Positions 45,006 through 53,524 of a stretch of DNA of 53,524 nt are shown piece after piece. The DNA comes from a virus (taxonomy: Duplodnaviria; Caudoviricetes). Under the pieces are notes generated by a model. The model was not told the origin of the DNA. It saw nothing but the letters and a program-made list of their open reading frames with translations, and did not search any database. Location of the stretch: the IMG/VR virus record IMGVR_UViG_3300049444_000105, positions 1 to 53,524 of that record; one strand, 5' to 3'. A program made the position numbers and the translations under genes. Every line of letters begins with the position of its first letter. Positions within the stretch are counted from its first letter, which is position 1.

Positions 45006-46871
45006 CTACCCTCCGACCGGTGCGGTGGCTTCATACTGATGAGCGGCCAACCAGTCCATCACGTCGGGCAATTCCGTGAGCAACTCCTCGGCACTGGCTT
45101 TGCGCACGATGACGCGGAGCGGGTAGCCGTGGGGACTCACCGCCTCGACCTGCAGTTCATACGGATCACTGCGCAGCGGCAGGCCCTGCGTGAGCGCCTG
45201 GGTGATGAGTTTATCCAGGGCCGTCTCGGCATGCGTCACCTTGTCGTGGTCTAACTCTATCTGCCGTTTGATATAGGCATGCATGTCTTCGACACAGGCC
45301 ATAGCGTCTTTGCCGGTATCCGTGAGCCACGCAGTCACTTTGCTCTGGAAGTGCTGCATGAAGCCTTGGAGCAGCGCTTCATGATCGAGCCAGGCGGGCG
45401 TGGGGGTGACCGCCGCGACCACGGCAGGCGGGGTGACAGGCTCCGGGATGTCGTCCGGCTCTGGCCGCACCGGTTCTGGTGGGGTGCCGAGCAGCGGCGC
45501 GGACGGGGGGGCAATCGTGTCGTGCGGTGCAGCCATGGGGGTCTCCTTCTCCGCAGTAAAATGATGGACCGTTAAGAAGCACAAGGTATTTTTGGCGCGG
45601 GTGATGGCGGTGTACGCCCACTGGGCCAACTCGTCTTTCCGGCCACCACGGCGACTGGAGGCCGCATATTTCAGCAAGTCGGGCATCGAAATATAGACCA
45701 GGGGCCATTCGCCTCCCTGCGCGGTGTGACAGGTGAGGCAATAGCCAAAGCGAAAGGGGATGGCTTTGGGCACAATCCATTCCCCGTCAATCTCTTCCAG
45801 ATGGGCATAGAGGCTGGTGACACTCCCAAGGGCATCTTCGACGGTAATCCAGCGGCTATCGTCCGCATCCACCTCCAGGATGCGAAACAGACCATTGTTA
45901 TAGAAGCCCAGGGCGCGGTCGTCCTGCGAGGTGGAGCGACACACCAGGGGCTCCCCGACGTGGAGCAGGTCCTTCGCAAAGCCCAGGGCCTGGCGAATGG
46001 CGTGGGTACACTCCAGGCGCGTCACATTGCGCCACACGAGTAAGGGGGCATCGAGAAAGTCACGGGCGGCAGCCTGAGCGCAGGGCCACACATCGCCCTG
46101 CAAGGCGTCATCGAGGCGGCGAAGCTGGTCCCGCCAGAAGGGATGCCCCTGCCGCGCCTGATACGCCAGCTGAATGATCGGCGAGTCTGCCGCCTGGCGG
46201 TGAATCTCGGTGAGATCGATGCCAGGCGCCGTGGGCAGCACGGGGGTATCTTTCACTGGCGGCAACTGGCCAGGATCGCCAATCAAGATAATCTGCGGGT
46301 ACGCTTCCTGACACATCGCCAACATCGAGGCGCCGACCATGCTGGCCTCGTCAATCAGCAGCACGCCTGTGCCTTTTTTGGGACCAAAGCCGGCAAAAAA
46401 GTCTTTGCCGTGGAGGCCGACACTGGAGAGCAGCCGCTTGGCCGGATAGCGCTGGCGTTGCAAATTGTGGCCGGTGGCAAGGTCCGGGTCGACAGCCGTA
46501 TGCACGAGATACGGGAGGCCGTCCACGTCCGGATGCGGCTCCTCACCATCGCGGTACGCCACCTCCGCCCCCAGCCACTCCAGCGCCCGGGTATAGTCGG
46601 GCGTAAAGTGCGGCATCAGGGCATGGGCGTGGGTCGTGTCCGCATCATGTAAGCCTTTATTACGCAGGATCATCGCCGCGCGGTTCGTCGGGGCACTCAC
46701 CACGGTGCGGATCTGGTGGGCGCTGAGGGAGGCACGCAGGGGAGGAATTAAACTCGTCTTTCCCGTGCCCGCTAGTCCTTTTAGGGCTATGAGGGGGGCA
46801 CCATCCCGGATAGCCTGCACGACAAAGTCGAGGGCGGCCTGTTGGTGGGGCGTGAGGGCAATGTCGGTCAC
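45006..46871 (-). CDS. SF1B RecD/Dda-like helicase with C-terminal extension
   Basis: GLAGTGKT, APTNRAA, DEASM, GDPGQLPP, HRQ, TCHTAQGGEW, YTAITRA. Confidence 0.92.
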   Translation of the reverse strand: MTDIALTPHQQAALDFVVQAIRDGAPLIALKGLAGTGKTSLIPPLRASLSAHQIRTVVSAPTNRAAMILRNKGLHDADTTHAHALMPHFTPDYTRALEWLGAEVAYRDGEEPHPDVDGLPYLVHTAVDPDLATGHNLQRQRYPAKRLLSSVGLHGKDFFAGFGPKKGTGVLLIDEASMVGASMLAMCQEAYPQIILIGDPGQLPPVKDTPVLPTAPGIDLTEIHRQAADSPIIQLAYQARQGHPFWRDQLRRLDDALQGDVWPCAQAAARDFLDAPLLVWRNVTRLECTHAIRQALGFAKDLLHVGEPLVCRSTSQDDRALGFYNNGLFRILEVDADDSRWITVEDALGSVTSLYAHLEEIDGEWIVPKAIPFRFGYCLTCHTAQGGEWPLVYISMPDLLKYAASSRRGGRKDELAQWAYTAITRAKNTLCFLTVHHFTAEKETPMAAPHDTIAPPSAPLLGTPPEPVRPEPDDIPEPVTPPAVVAAVTPTPAWLDHEALLQGFMQHFQSKVTAWLTDTGKDAMACVEDMHAYIKRQIELDHDKVTHAETALDKLITQALTQGLPLRSDPYELQVEAVSPHGYPLRVIVRKASAEELLTELPDVMDWLAAHQYEATAPVGG

Positions 46872-46987
46872 GGGTTCTTCCTTCAAAGGTAACAAAATAA
46901 TAGCGCAAAAAAAAGAAAGAGGGAGGAAGAGCTCTTTGGTCCAAGTAACACTTTAACTCCGCTTTTCCTCGTTCCTTCCTCTCTTCC

Positions 46988-47596
46988 TTACCGCCGCCAG
47001 CCCCTCCCACTGGTGGGCGTCTGGGCGGGCTCAGGAGGCGTCGTGGGTTGCGGCGCACTTCGCCAGGCCGCCCTGGGTGCCTGCGTGGCTTGTGCGGCCT
47101 GTGGGGGGCCTTCTTGCGGCGGTTGTGCCGGAATGAAGGGGTCCGGCGTCAGGGTGTGGCCGCGGCTGTCGTACTGCGCCTCGTACTGCTTAATCGGTGA
47201 AAAGCGCGGATTCTCGTGCTTCTTGGTGCCCGCGAAGCGAATCTGCAGCAACCCCCCCGGCGCGAACCGTGCCTCGGCCTTGCTCTGCGCCTCTTTGAGG
47301 GCCATGAACAGGTTGGAGGGGATTTGCGCCCAGATGCTGCGGTCCTCGCCGACACTGTGCGGCCCTTCTAAGACTTTCACGTTAATGACGGCGGCCATCT
47401 TGGGGCGCTGCTTTTCGGCATCCCAGAACGCCGGCTCCCCTGTCTCAAAGTCGGTGCTCTGCAACGACTTCGCGGGCTCCACGATCTCCAGGGTGAACAC
47501 CGTGCCAATGGGCAGGTCGCGCCAGGACAGGCTCGGGATACTCTCATAGTCAAACGGATCCACGGGTTGATCGGTATTGGGGCGTTGGTACGTCAT
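46988..47596 (-). CDS. Probable single-stranded DNA-binding protein
   Basis: OB-like core (TDFETGEP.FW...PKM) plus disordered tail; in the replication module. Confidence 0.6.
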   Translation of the reverse strand: MTYQRPNTDQPVDPFDYESIPSLSWRDLPIGTVFTLEIVEPAKSLQSTDFETGEPAFWDAEKQRPKMAAVINVKVLEGPHSVGEDRSIWAQIPSNLFMALKEAQSKAEARFAPGGLLQIRFAGTKKHENPRFSPIKQYEAQYDSRGHTLTPDPFIPAQPPQEGPPQAAQATQAPRAAWRSAPQPTTPPEPAQTPTSGRGWRR

Positions 47597-47656
47597 GGGG
47601 TTGCTCCTGTGTTGCGCTGTGTGCGCTGGGGTCAAACGGCCTCACCATGAGACCCT

Positions 47657-47700
47657 GTCTTGGTGTCATCAAGTATGACACCAAGACGCTAAGATGTCAA
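47657..47700 (-). promoter_or_regulatory. Promoter with inverted-repeat operator over the -10
   Basis: Minus strand TTGACA, 17 nt, CATACT; 13-bp arms GTCTTGGTGTCAT-N5-ATGACACCAAGAC. Confidence 0.75.
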
Positions 47701-47704
47701 GACG

Positions 47705-48307
47705 TCATACAAGTTTGTGAAAAGGCTCCACGATTAAGGCTCCTAACGTTTCCAGCGGTAATTCAAACCACTCGCCGTGCTGGCGGTGTGCGGCATAGCG
47801 CATGTGTAAAAGACGTTCTAAGGTGGCTGGGTCAGCCGTGGGGATTTCTCGCAGCACTCGTAATGGAAATGGGGAGCCACTCCGCAAGCCATCGAGACGG
47901 CCTTGCGGGTTGGTACTGTACCCAATCTTGATGCGTGTGGTGCCTTCGGCGAGCAAGATATAGACCACGGGAGGGCGCGAGACTTTCGGGCTTGCGATTT
48001 CCTGCGTTAACACCGGCGCCTTTGGCGGCAATCTATCGATCAATGGTTTACGCCAAACATCTGGCAACTGACCTCGCACTGACCAATCTAGAAGCTTTTT
48101 CAGGTACTGCTTGAGTTCCGCGCGGGTGGTTTCAGATACAAAGCGGAACAAGAGATGCAGCCCATACTTGTATCCCTGATAGTAACCTCGGCGATAGTGG
48201 CGCTCTTCCGCGTGGTCACAACACGTCCTCCTAGGATATTGTTTGTGTATAGGCATCCTACCTGGTGGAGCCTCGCGCAACTTTGCAAATTCTTCGGCAG
48301 AAAGCAT
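47705..48307 (-). CDS. T5orf172 / GIY-YIG-like domain protein
   Basis: VVYIL......IKIGYS.NP..RL..L...SP...E..LH......GEWF. Confidence 0.85.
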   Translation of the reverse strand: MLSAEEFAKLREAPPGRMPIHKQYPRRTCCDHAEERHYRRGYYQGYKYGLHLLFRFVSETTRAELKQYLKKLLDWSVRGQLPDVWRKPLIDRLPPKAPVLTQEIASPKVSRPPVVYILLAEGTTRIKIGYSTNPQGRLDGLRSGSPFPLRVLREIPTADPATLERLLHMRYAAHRQHGEWFELPLETLGALIVEPFHKLV

Positions 48308-48325
48308 CTCATTTCTCCCGCGTTC

Positions 48326-48596
48326 CCGTGAGACGACAGCGTAACGCCAATGTTTTCAATGATGTTACCGTGTTACCGTGAGGCGACAGCGTAACGCCAA
48401 TGTTTTCAATGATGTTACCGCGTTACCGTGTTACCTCCCCCCTCCAACCTTTATACGTGCGCGAGGGGTGCGCGAGGGGTAGGTATTTTTTCTGTTTCCA
48501 TATATACATATATTCATAGGTAACATAGGTAACACGGTAACAAGGGGCTAAAATACTGGGCAAAACCGTGTTACCTGGAGGTAACATCGGTAACAC
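48326..48596. repeat. Putative replication origin: GTTACC/GGTAAC iterons, 50-bp tandem duplication, AT-rich core
   Basis: Duplication 48326-48375 / 48376-48425; many GTTACC and GGTAAC copies around an ATATATACATATAT stretch; directly after the primase stop. Confidence 0.7.
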
Positions 48597-50666
48597 CTAA
48601 AACGGTACGACGGGGCGCTTGCGCCACACTTTGATAGTGCGCGTGCCTTTGCGCGCTGTCGTGCTGTACCACCCTAACGCTTTGAGCGAAGCAATGATTT
48701 GAATTTGCAAATTCTTATCCTTCCAGCGCTCAGGCTCTGCCTTGAGATAGCACAGGGCAATTTCCTGCCAACTCGTCTCATCTTTGGTAAAAGTGACAAG
48801 CCCGCCTTCAAGGTCGTGATACGGATGTTTCCATCGAGTCTCTTCGAGCCATTCTTCAAGGGGGCCTTCATACACCTGCGATATGCGGCGTTGTTCACGC
48901 TCCACTTGAGCAATCGTCTGTGCTTCAGGTGACAACAACCAGAAATCGGCCACATGGCTATAGTAATACACGAGAGCCTCGGCAAAGAGTTGTGTCCGCA
49001 TCTGGAGAAACTGCTCATGGTCAATCGGATCGGGCAGGGCCAGCGGCAAGTAGCGTGTGCCGCCAGTCTGATCTTTCATCCACTGGCTATCATTGGTCGT
49101 GCCAATGAAGATTGCTCGACGTTCGAGGCGCTGTCGAAAGTTGGAGTATTTGGGAATAAAGGAATCTTCGCGCATGGTAATAAACGCTTTAAGTCTGGCC
49201 TCGTCAGTGCGTGACACACTATCGAGTTCGACCAATTCGGCAATCCATGCCCCTTGCAGCATCATATGGGCTTCTTTCGTTTCAAAGCCCATCATTAATG
49301 GGACATACCAATCTTGACTCGCAAGGTTGAGCACTAAGGCGCTTTTGCCAAATTCTTGGGCACCTTCAAAAACGACGACATAACGGTAATGACAACCGGG
49401 GACAAGAGCACGAGCTACCATTGACACTATGAGCATGCGACTTACTTCATCGCAGTAAGTATCACGGGACAACCCCGCGATATCGTGCAGCCATGTAAGC
49501 AGTCTCGGCTTACCATCCCACGGTTCCAGACCATTGAGCCAGATTTGCAGCAAGTCTCTGGGTGAGGCTTTACACCGGGCTACAACACATTTTTCGAGCA
49601 TGGCCAGGCTCGTAATGGGCAGGCGTTCGACACCGCCAAACCAGGCAGCAATCTCCATCATGCGTTTGTCCGTAATCTCGCTCTCGCCGCACATGGGCGT
49701 GCCCCGAACACTGTCCCACCAGAGTTGATGCTCAGGCTCCTGCCAATAGCCGTGGTTTTCGAGAATGACCGTGAGGTTGTACGCATTTTGCGTGAGATCG
49801 CGCTCTTTCTTGCTCTTGTAGAACAATCCACGGCGCCAGGCCGTGCTATATAAGTCTGGTGGCAGCGCTTGCTCACCTGCCCAGCCGGGAGGTGCCTGCC
49901 CCTGATCGTCAATCACCGGCGCATACTTCTGCACACTCTGCGCCATACGATCGAGGGCCGCGTTGTCGAGCGGGGGCACACATTTCTCATTTTCGATAGC
50001 TAAGGCCGCGCGTACCGTGTCGTAGGTCGCCCCATGGCGGCGCATGGCGCCTGCCATGCGCATCAGTGTGGCTTCGCGCTGACCGTGAAGGATGGGGCTG
50101 TCGGGGTCGTGCAGCGGCTGAGACGAAGCGGTGGGGGGATTGACGAGCGCGGCCAGCCATTCCGGGGGCTCTTGCACGTCAAGATCGTCGGGGCCAAAGT
50201 CGGCTTCCCAGCAATACGGCTCATGGGTGTCAGGATGGATACTCGGCGGCAGGATGATATACGACCCTGGGCCTTGCACGTCCAGTCCTGATCCGAGCTT
50301 GGCTTTGTTCTTGGCGGTGCCTTGCCAGAGGTAGTGGCAACTCCCTCCGCCTGAGCCTGTGAGACTCGTGACCGTCCTGGGCAATGGAGCATAGCGCTGC
50401 TCTAACGCGCGCAGGGTGTCCGGACCCTCATGGCGTGCATCACAGTCTAATGCCCAGATTGCGCCCATGGCGCACCCGATATTGGCCATGGGCGCATCCG
50501 TCCACCACTGGCGAATGCGCTCGGGATCTGCGCTAGCCACACGTTGCCACTGCTTCATCATCGGGCGTTTGCCCCGGCAGGGAAACACGGGCCAGCCCAT
50601 GGCGGCATACCACAGTGCCCACTCACCCATCGAGGCGGTTAAACTTGGCATTGGTGGTCCAGGCAT
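48597..50666 (-). CDS. Bifunctional primase-polymerase plus PriCT plus VirE/VapE-like ATPase
   Basis: GWPVFP, ANIG, LDCD, H.LW, Y.ILPPS.H; G.RE.TL..MAG.M; G.QEFGKS, RRAIFIGTTN. Confidence 0.92.
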   Translation of the reverse strand: MPGPPMPSLTASMGEWALWYAAMGWPVFPCRGKRPMMKQWQRVASADPERIRQWWTDAPMANIGCAMGAIWALDCDARHEGPDTLRALEQRYAPLPRTVTSLTGSGGGSCHYLWQGTAKNKAKLGSGLDVQGPGSYIILPPSIHPDTHEPYCWEADFGPDDLDVQEPPEWLAALVNPPTASSQPLHDPDSPILHGQREATLMRMAGAMRRHGATYDTVRAALAIENEKCVPPLDNAALDRMAQSVQKYAPVIDDQGQAPPGWAGEQALPPDLYSTAWRRGLFYKSKKERDLTQNAYNLTVILENHGYWQEPEHQLWWDSVRGTPMCGESEITDKRMMEIAAWFGGVERLPITSLAMLEKCVVARCKASPRDLLQIWLNGLEPWDGKPRLLTWLHDIAGLSRDTYCDEVSRMLIVSMVARALVPGCHYRYVVVFEGAQEFGKSALVLNLASQDWYVPLMMGFETKEAHMMLQGAWIAELVELDSVSRTDEARLKAFITMREDSFIPKYSNFRQRLERRAIFIGTTNDSQWMKDQTGGTRYLPLALPDPIDHEQFLQMRTQLFAEALVYYYSHVADFWLLSPEAQTIAQVEREQRRISQVYEGPLEEWLEETRWKHPYHDLEGGLVTFTKDETSWQEIALCYLKAEPERWKDKNLQIQIIASLKALGWYSTTARKGTRTIKVWRKRPVVPF

Positions 50667-50705
50667 GGGCCTCCTTTCTGGGTAACGAGGCAATGATGTC
50701 TAGAA

Positions 50706-50788
50706 GTCTTGACTTGAAGCTATCATGATGTCATATTGTATGTCAAGGCGTCTTTGTGCTAACATTTCATGAGGAATTGACATCATGA
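50706..50788. promoter_or_regulatory. Divergent promoter/operator region
   Basis: Plus strand TTGACT, 17 nt, CATATT (50709-50737); minus strand TTGACA at 50746-50741; TGACATCATGA in both orientations. Confidence 0.6.
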
Positions 50789-50988
50789 CTTCTGAGGTGA
50801 TCTCCTTGGCTGACAAAAAACCACGAGCAACTACTTTGCGGGTGGACCCTGAGCTCTTGCGGGAAGCTCGGTTTTTCCTCGATGAGGAAGATAAAAGCGT
50901 CAACGAGTTTCTCCTGGAGCAACTGACGGCCTATGTCCAACGCCGTAAACGGGAACGGCCTCGACGCTCAACAGAGGAGTGTGCCTAA
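50785..50988 (+). CDS. Ribbon-helix-helix (Arc/CopG-like) regulator
   Basis: ATTLRVDPELLREAR......KSVNEFLLEQL. Confidence 0.75.
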   Translation: MTSEVISLADKKPRATTLRVDPELLREARFFLDEEDKSVNEFLLEQLTAYVQRRKRERPRRSTEECA

Positions 50989-51027
50989 TGCCCGGCTCTC
51001 TCTCTGACCAGCACAAGGAGCCCCCGC

Positions 51028-51360
51028 ATGCCTGAGCCCCTGGACACCCTGACCACCATTCTGGCCAAGCAAGACGACCACCTTGCCCGCCAAGATGAGA
51101 TACTTGCGACGATGGATCGCCACCTTGTCCAACAAGATGCCTACATGGCCAGGATGGACGACCACCTTGCACGCCAGGACGAGATCCTCGCGCAGCTCAT
51201 GACCCTCACCGATATTGCGCGCCAGGAAGCGACAGCGGCGCATCAGGCCATGGCCGTCGCTCTGACGCGCTACGCCGAGACACGACTGGACGTGGACCGT
51301 TTCATCGCCACGGCTGAGCGCGTGCTGGCGGCCTGGGAACGCCACGCCGGCGCGTCGTAG
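51028..51360 (+). CDS. Heptad-repeat coiled-coil protein
   Basis: LAKQDDH LARQDEI LATMDRH LVQQDAY MARMDDH LARQDEI; AAGGAG RBS. Confidence 0.7.
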   Translation: MPEPLDTLTTILAKQDDHLARQDEILATMDRHLVQQDAYMARMDDHLARQDEILAQLMTLTDIARQEATAAHQAMAVALTRYAETRLDVDRFIATAERVLAAWERHAGAS

Positions 51361-51375
51361 CCGGGCGCGTGCTCC

Positions 51376-52428
51376 TCAGAACAGGGTGAGTTGTGCGGTC
51401 TGCTCGGTGTGTAAGCAGGCCGGGCTCATCCACAGCACTTCGCGGGACTTGTTCGGGTTTGCGCCTGGCGGTCCCTGATTACTAAAGCCGCCGTTGGCCG
51501 TCCACGTCGCTTTGCGCCAGCCATGGCCCAGCAGCTCATCGTGTACTTCTCCGTACCCGCACAGTGCTATGCGGAGTAGCGGATTGTCCCCGTTGGCCTT
51601 ACACCAATCACGCACCTGATGCGCCACCTGCAGGTCGTCTACGGCATAGAGGCGAGGGTCGCGGCCTTCCTCTTGGGAGTAGGGTGGATCAAGAACTATC
51701 CCAGTGAGACCATGCTTAAACGTCACGCTGGGCCCCAGGACCCGCGTCCAATCGCCACAGCACACGCGCACGTAGCGCAGGCGAGCTTGCAGGGCAGCAA
51801 ACCAAGCGTACAACCCTTCTGCGCCTCGCCCGGCACTGCCCAGATGCACGAGCTGGCGGTGTACCACTTGCCCGGCATCGCCCAGATGCACGCGCTTGCT
51901 GTGTACCCCTCGCCCGGCACTGCCCAGATGCACGAGCTGGCGGTGTACCCCTTGCCCGGCACTGCCCAGATGCACGAGCTTGCCGTCAATGCTCTGCCAT
52001 GCCCCCTGGCCGCTACACCAGCCGGAGCCGATCCAGCAACAGATACCGTAGAGCCAGCGGCCGGCAATTTTGGCGTCATAGTAATCTGGGTCACCCATAA
52101 GGCGAGCGGTAAATTCCTCCCGCTGTGTGACCAGCCACGTATGGATAGCATGCTGATCGGCTTCATTGGGAGCATGGTCGCACCACGCAGCTACCTCGTC
52201 TGGGTCAGCACGCAGGGCACGAAACACGTTGGCCACGAAGGCATCTTTATCATTGACGGTTTCAATCTTCGGGGCATGGGGACGGTTCAGGAGGACAGCG
52301 AGCGATCCTGCAAAGCTCTCGACATAGTTCTGGACATTGCCCAGTGCTTGCCAGATGAGCGGGGCGGCAAGGGTCTTTCCCCCGAACCATGGCATAGGGG
52401 CCTTCAAAGGCGGAAACAGGTCGGACAT
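51376..52428 (-). CDS. DNA adenine methyltransferase (Dam/D12-like) with internal 14-aa repeats
   Basis: PWFGGK, ESFAGS, VND.D, DPPY motifs. Confidence 0.88.
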   Translation of the reverse strand: MSDLFPPLKAPMPWFGGKTLAAPLIWQALGNVQNYVESFAGSLAVLLNRPHAPKIETVNDKDAFVANVFRALRADPDEVAAWCDHAPNEADQHAIHTWLVTQREEFTARLMGDPDYYDAKIAGRWLYGICCWIGSGWCSGQGAWQSIDGKLVHLGSAGQGVHRQLVHLGSAGRGVHSKRVHLGDAGQVVHRQLVHLGSAGRGAEGLYAWFAALQARLRYVRVCCGDWTRVLGPSVTFKHGLTGIVLDPPYSQEEGRDPRLYAVDDLQVAHQVRDWCKANGDNPLLRIALCGYGEVHDELLGHGWRKATWTANGGFSNQGPPGANPNKSREVLWMSPACLHTEQTAQLTLF

Positions 52429-52431
52429 CGG

Positions 52432-52641
52432 TTAGCGCTCCTCTGGTCCGGCCACCTGTGCGACGTTATGCGCCAGGAGTCCCCGCTGCGGGCACCTGTG
52501 GACCGTCAGGACGCGCGCAAAGCCGTCGGGCAATACGCCAGTGAGGGTCAGGGTCTGCAAAGGCAACCACAGCCATCCTCGGGCCTCGGCGGGCAGCGAC
52601 GCGCGGAAGGGCACCGCCTCTTCGGTCATCGGTCTAGGCAT
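52432..52641 (-). CDS. Small hypothetical protein
   Basis: GAGGAG RBS; tight packing. Confidence 0.55.
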   Translation of the reverse strand: MPRPMTEEAVPFRASLPAEARGWLWLPLQTLTLTGVLPDGFARVLTVHRCPQRGLLAHNVAQVAGPEER

Positions 52642-52656
52642 ACTCAAGGCTCCTCT

Positions 52657-52782
52657 CTAGTGCCATAGCAAGCAGAGACTCAGCATCATAAACAGGCCCG
52701 CGAGGGCGAGAGCAATGATGACGCGGGAACTCCAACGATCCAGCCAGCGGTCGGCCTGCGTCAACCACTCGTTCCAGTCCAT
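52657..52782 (-). CDS. Small TM protein (41 aa, not in ORF track)
   Basis: MDWNEWLTQADRWLDRWSSRVIIALALAGLFMMLSLCLLWH. Confidence 0.55.
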   Translation of the reverse strand: MDWNEWLTQADRWLDRWSSRVIIALALAGLFMMLSLCLLWH

Positions 52783-52785
52783 GGC

Positions 52786-52992
52786 TCAGGGCTTCTCATC
52801 TGTGGGCTGCACATCGGGTTCGTAGACATAGGTTGTACGCCCGGCCTGACCCTCTGCGGTCAGCAGGTAGCTCACAAACGTGCTCACCGTGCCCCGCTGC
52901 CAGCACTGGGCAGCGACCGTCCACACGGCGCCGTCGTAGCGCACGCGCTCGCCCAGGGCGTAGCGGAAGGTGAGGCGCAGGCGCTCGGGCAT
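52786..52992 (-). CDS. Small SH3-like hypothetical protein
   Basis: FRYALGERVRY...; GAGGAG RBS. Confidence 0.55.
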   Translation of the reverse strand: MPERLRLTFRYALGERVRYDGAVWTVAAQCWQRGTVSTFVSYLLTAEGQAGRTTYVYEPDVQPTDEKP

Positions 52993-52994
52993 GG

Positions 52995-53222
52995 CTAGGG
53001 CTCCTCGTGGAGCAGGCGATACGTGGCCTCCAGGATGGCCTGCACGTGGGCACAACTCCCCGTGTGAAAGCGATACGTCACCGCCGCCGTGGTATCCCAG
53101 ATCGTGTGGCGCGCCATATCGCGGCCCCACAGATACTGCATCACCGCCTGGGGCGTGTCCCCCTCCCAGTCGAGAGGCGACTGACAGCCGCAGTAATGAG
53201 CGTGCTGCACGAGGTAGCGCAT
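52995..53222 (-). CDS. Small hypothetical protein
   Basis: GAGGAG RBS; tight packing. Confidence 0.6.
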   Translation of the reverse strand: MRYLVQHAHYCGCQSPLDWEGDTPQAVMQYLWGRDMARHTIWDTTAAVTYRFHTGSCAHVQAILEATYRLLHEEP

Positions 53223-53225
53223 GGC

Positions 53226-53450
53226 TCAGGGCTCCTCGTGGGCTGGTGGTGTGCCGGGGCGCATCGCCCCAAGCTGGCCGGGGGCGGTGCCGTAGCCGTC
53301 CGCGCCTGCCTGCGTATGGGGACCAGGGCGGTTCCCGGTGAGCTTCGCCTGATCGATGCCGTTTCCGTCGTGGACGCTCTGAGCATATGGTGGACTGCTT
53401 ACCGCCATATCGACCAACCCCACCGCTGCCGCCTCACCGGGCCGCGCCAC
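53226..53450 (-). CDS. Stand-alone methyltransferase fragment with SPPY motif
   Basis: AAAGGAG RBS plus GTG; VDMAVSSPPY; no SAM-binding motif I. Confidence 0.5.
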   Translation of the reverse strand: MARPGEAAAVGLVDMAVSSPPYAQSVHDGNGIDQAKLTGNRPGPHTQAGADGYGTAPGQLGAMRPGTPPAHEEP

Positions 53451-53524
53451 AGAGACTCCTTTCTGGGGGCTCTCTCCTTCAGGGGAGAGGGGAAAGAAAG
53501 GTTGACGCAGAGCGTCAAGAGTTT

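Larger units (their letters stand above)
1..53524. mobile_element. Tailed dsDNA phage (P22-like podovirus architecture), probably a near-complete genome
   Basis: TerS, TerL, portal, scaffold, coat, adaptor, gp10-like and ejection genes in P22 order; lysis and replication modules; no tape measure or tail tube; no host housekeeping genes. Confidence 0.93.

Noticed and set aside
51619-52668. 349-aa plus-strand ORF with repeats
   Set aside because: Antisense to the methylase; its repeats mirror the same 42-bp DNA repeats
1-53524. Alternative genetic code
   Set aside because: TAA, TAG and TGA all end well-packed genes; only one in-frame TGA case was seen
1-53524. Integrated prophage with integrase/att sites or terminal repeats
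   Set aside because: No recombinase motifs, host flanks or end repeats recognised; lifestyle remains undetermined

Overview
The window appears to be most or all of the genome of a GC-rich tailed phage with a P22-like (podovirus-type) virion module. Plus strand, about 3.4-43.6 kb: small and large terminase, a 6 kb accessory block, portal, an ADP-ribosyltransferase-like gene, scaffold, coat, a glycosyltransferase-like gene, head-tail adaptor and gp10-like proteins, ejection proteins (one with a lytic transglycosylase), tail and depolymerase genes, and lysis genes. Minus strand: RecD/Dda-like helicase, SSB, T5orf172/GIY-YIG protein, an iteron-rich putative origin, a Prim-Pol/VirE primase, a Dam-like methylase and many small early genes. 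I recognised no integrase, tRNA, CRISPR array or reverse transcriptase. The most unusual feature is seven consecutive genes in the tail region (29.9-42.2 kb) that all start with Sec-type signal peptides. They encode tail-fibre-like, LamG and pectate-lyase/beta-helix proteins, partly duplicating a signal-less module near the terminase, which suggests an exported virion-appendage or depolymerase system. Also notable: an attenuator-like RNA with three 37-nt hairpin repeats before the scaffold/coat genes, a Tat-signal TPR protein, and a shared promoter/operator motif around an RHH regulator. All family assignments come from motif recognition by eye; no searches were run.
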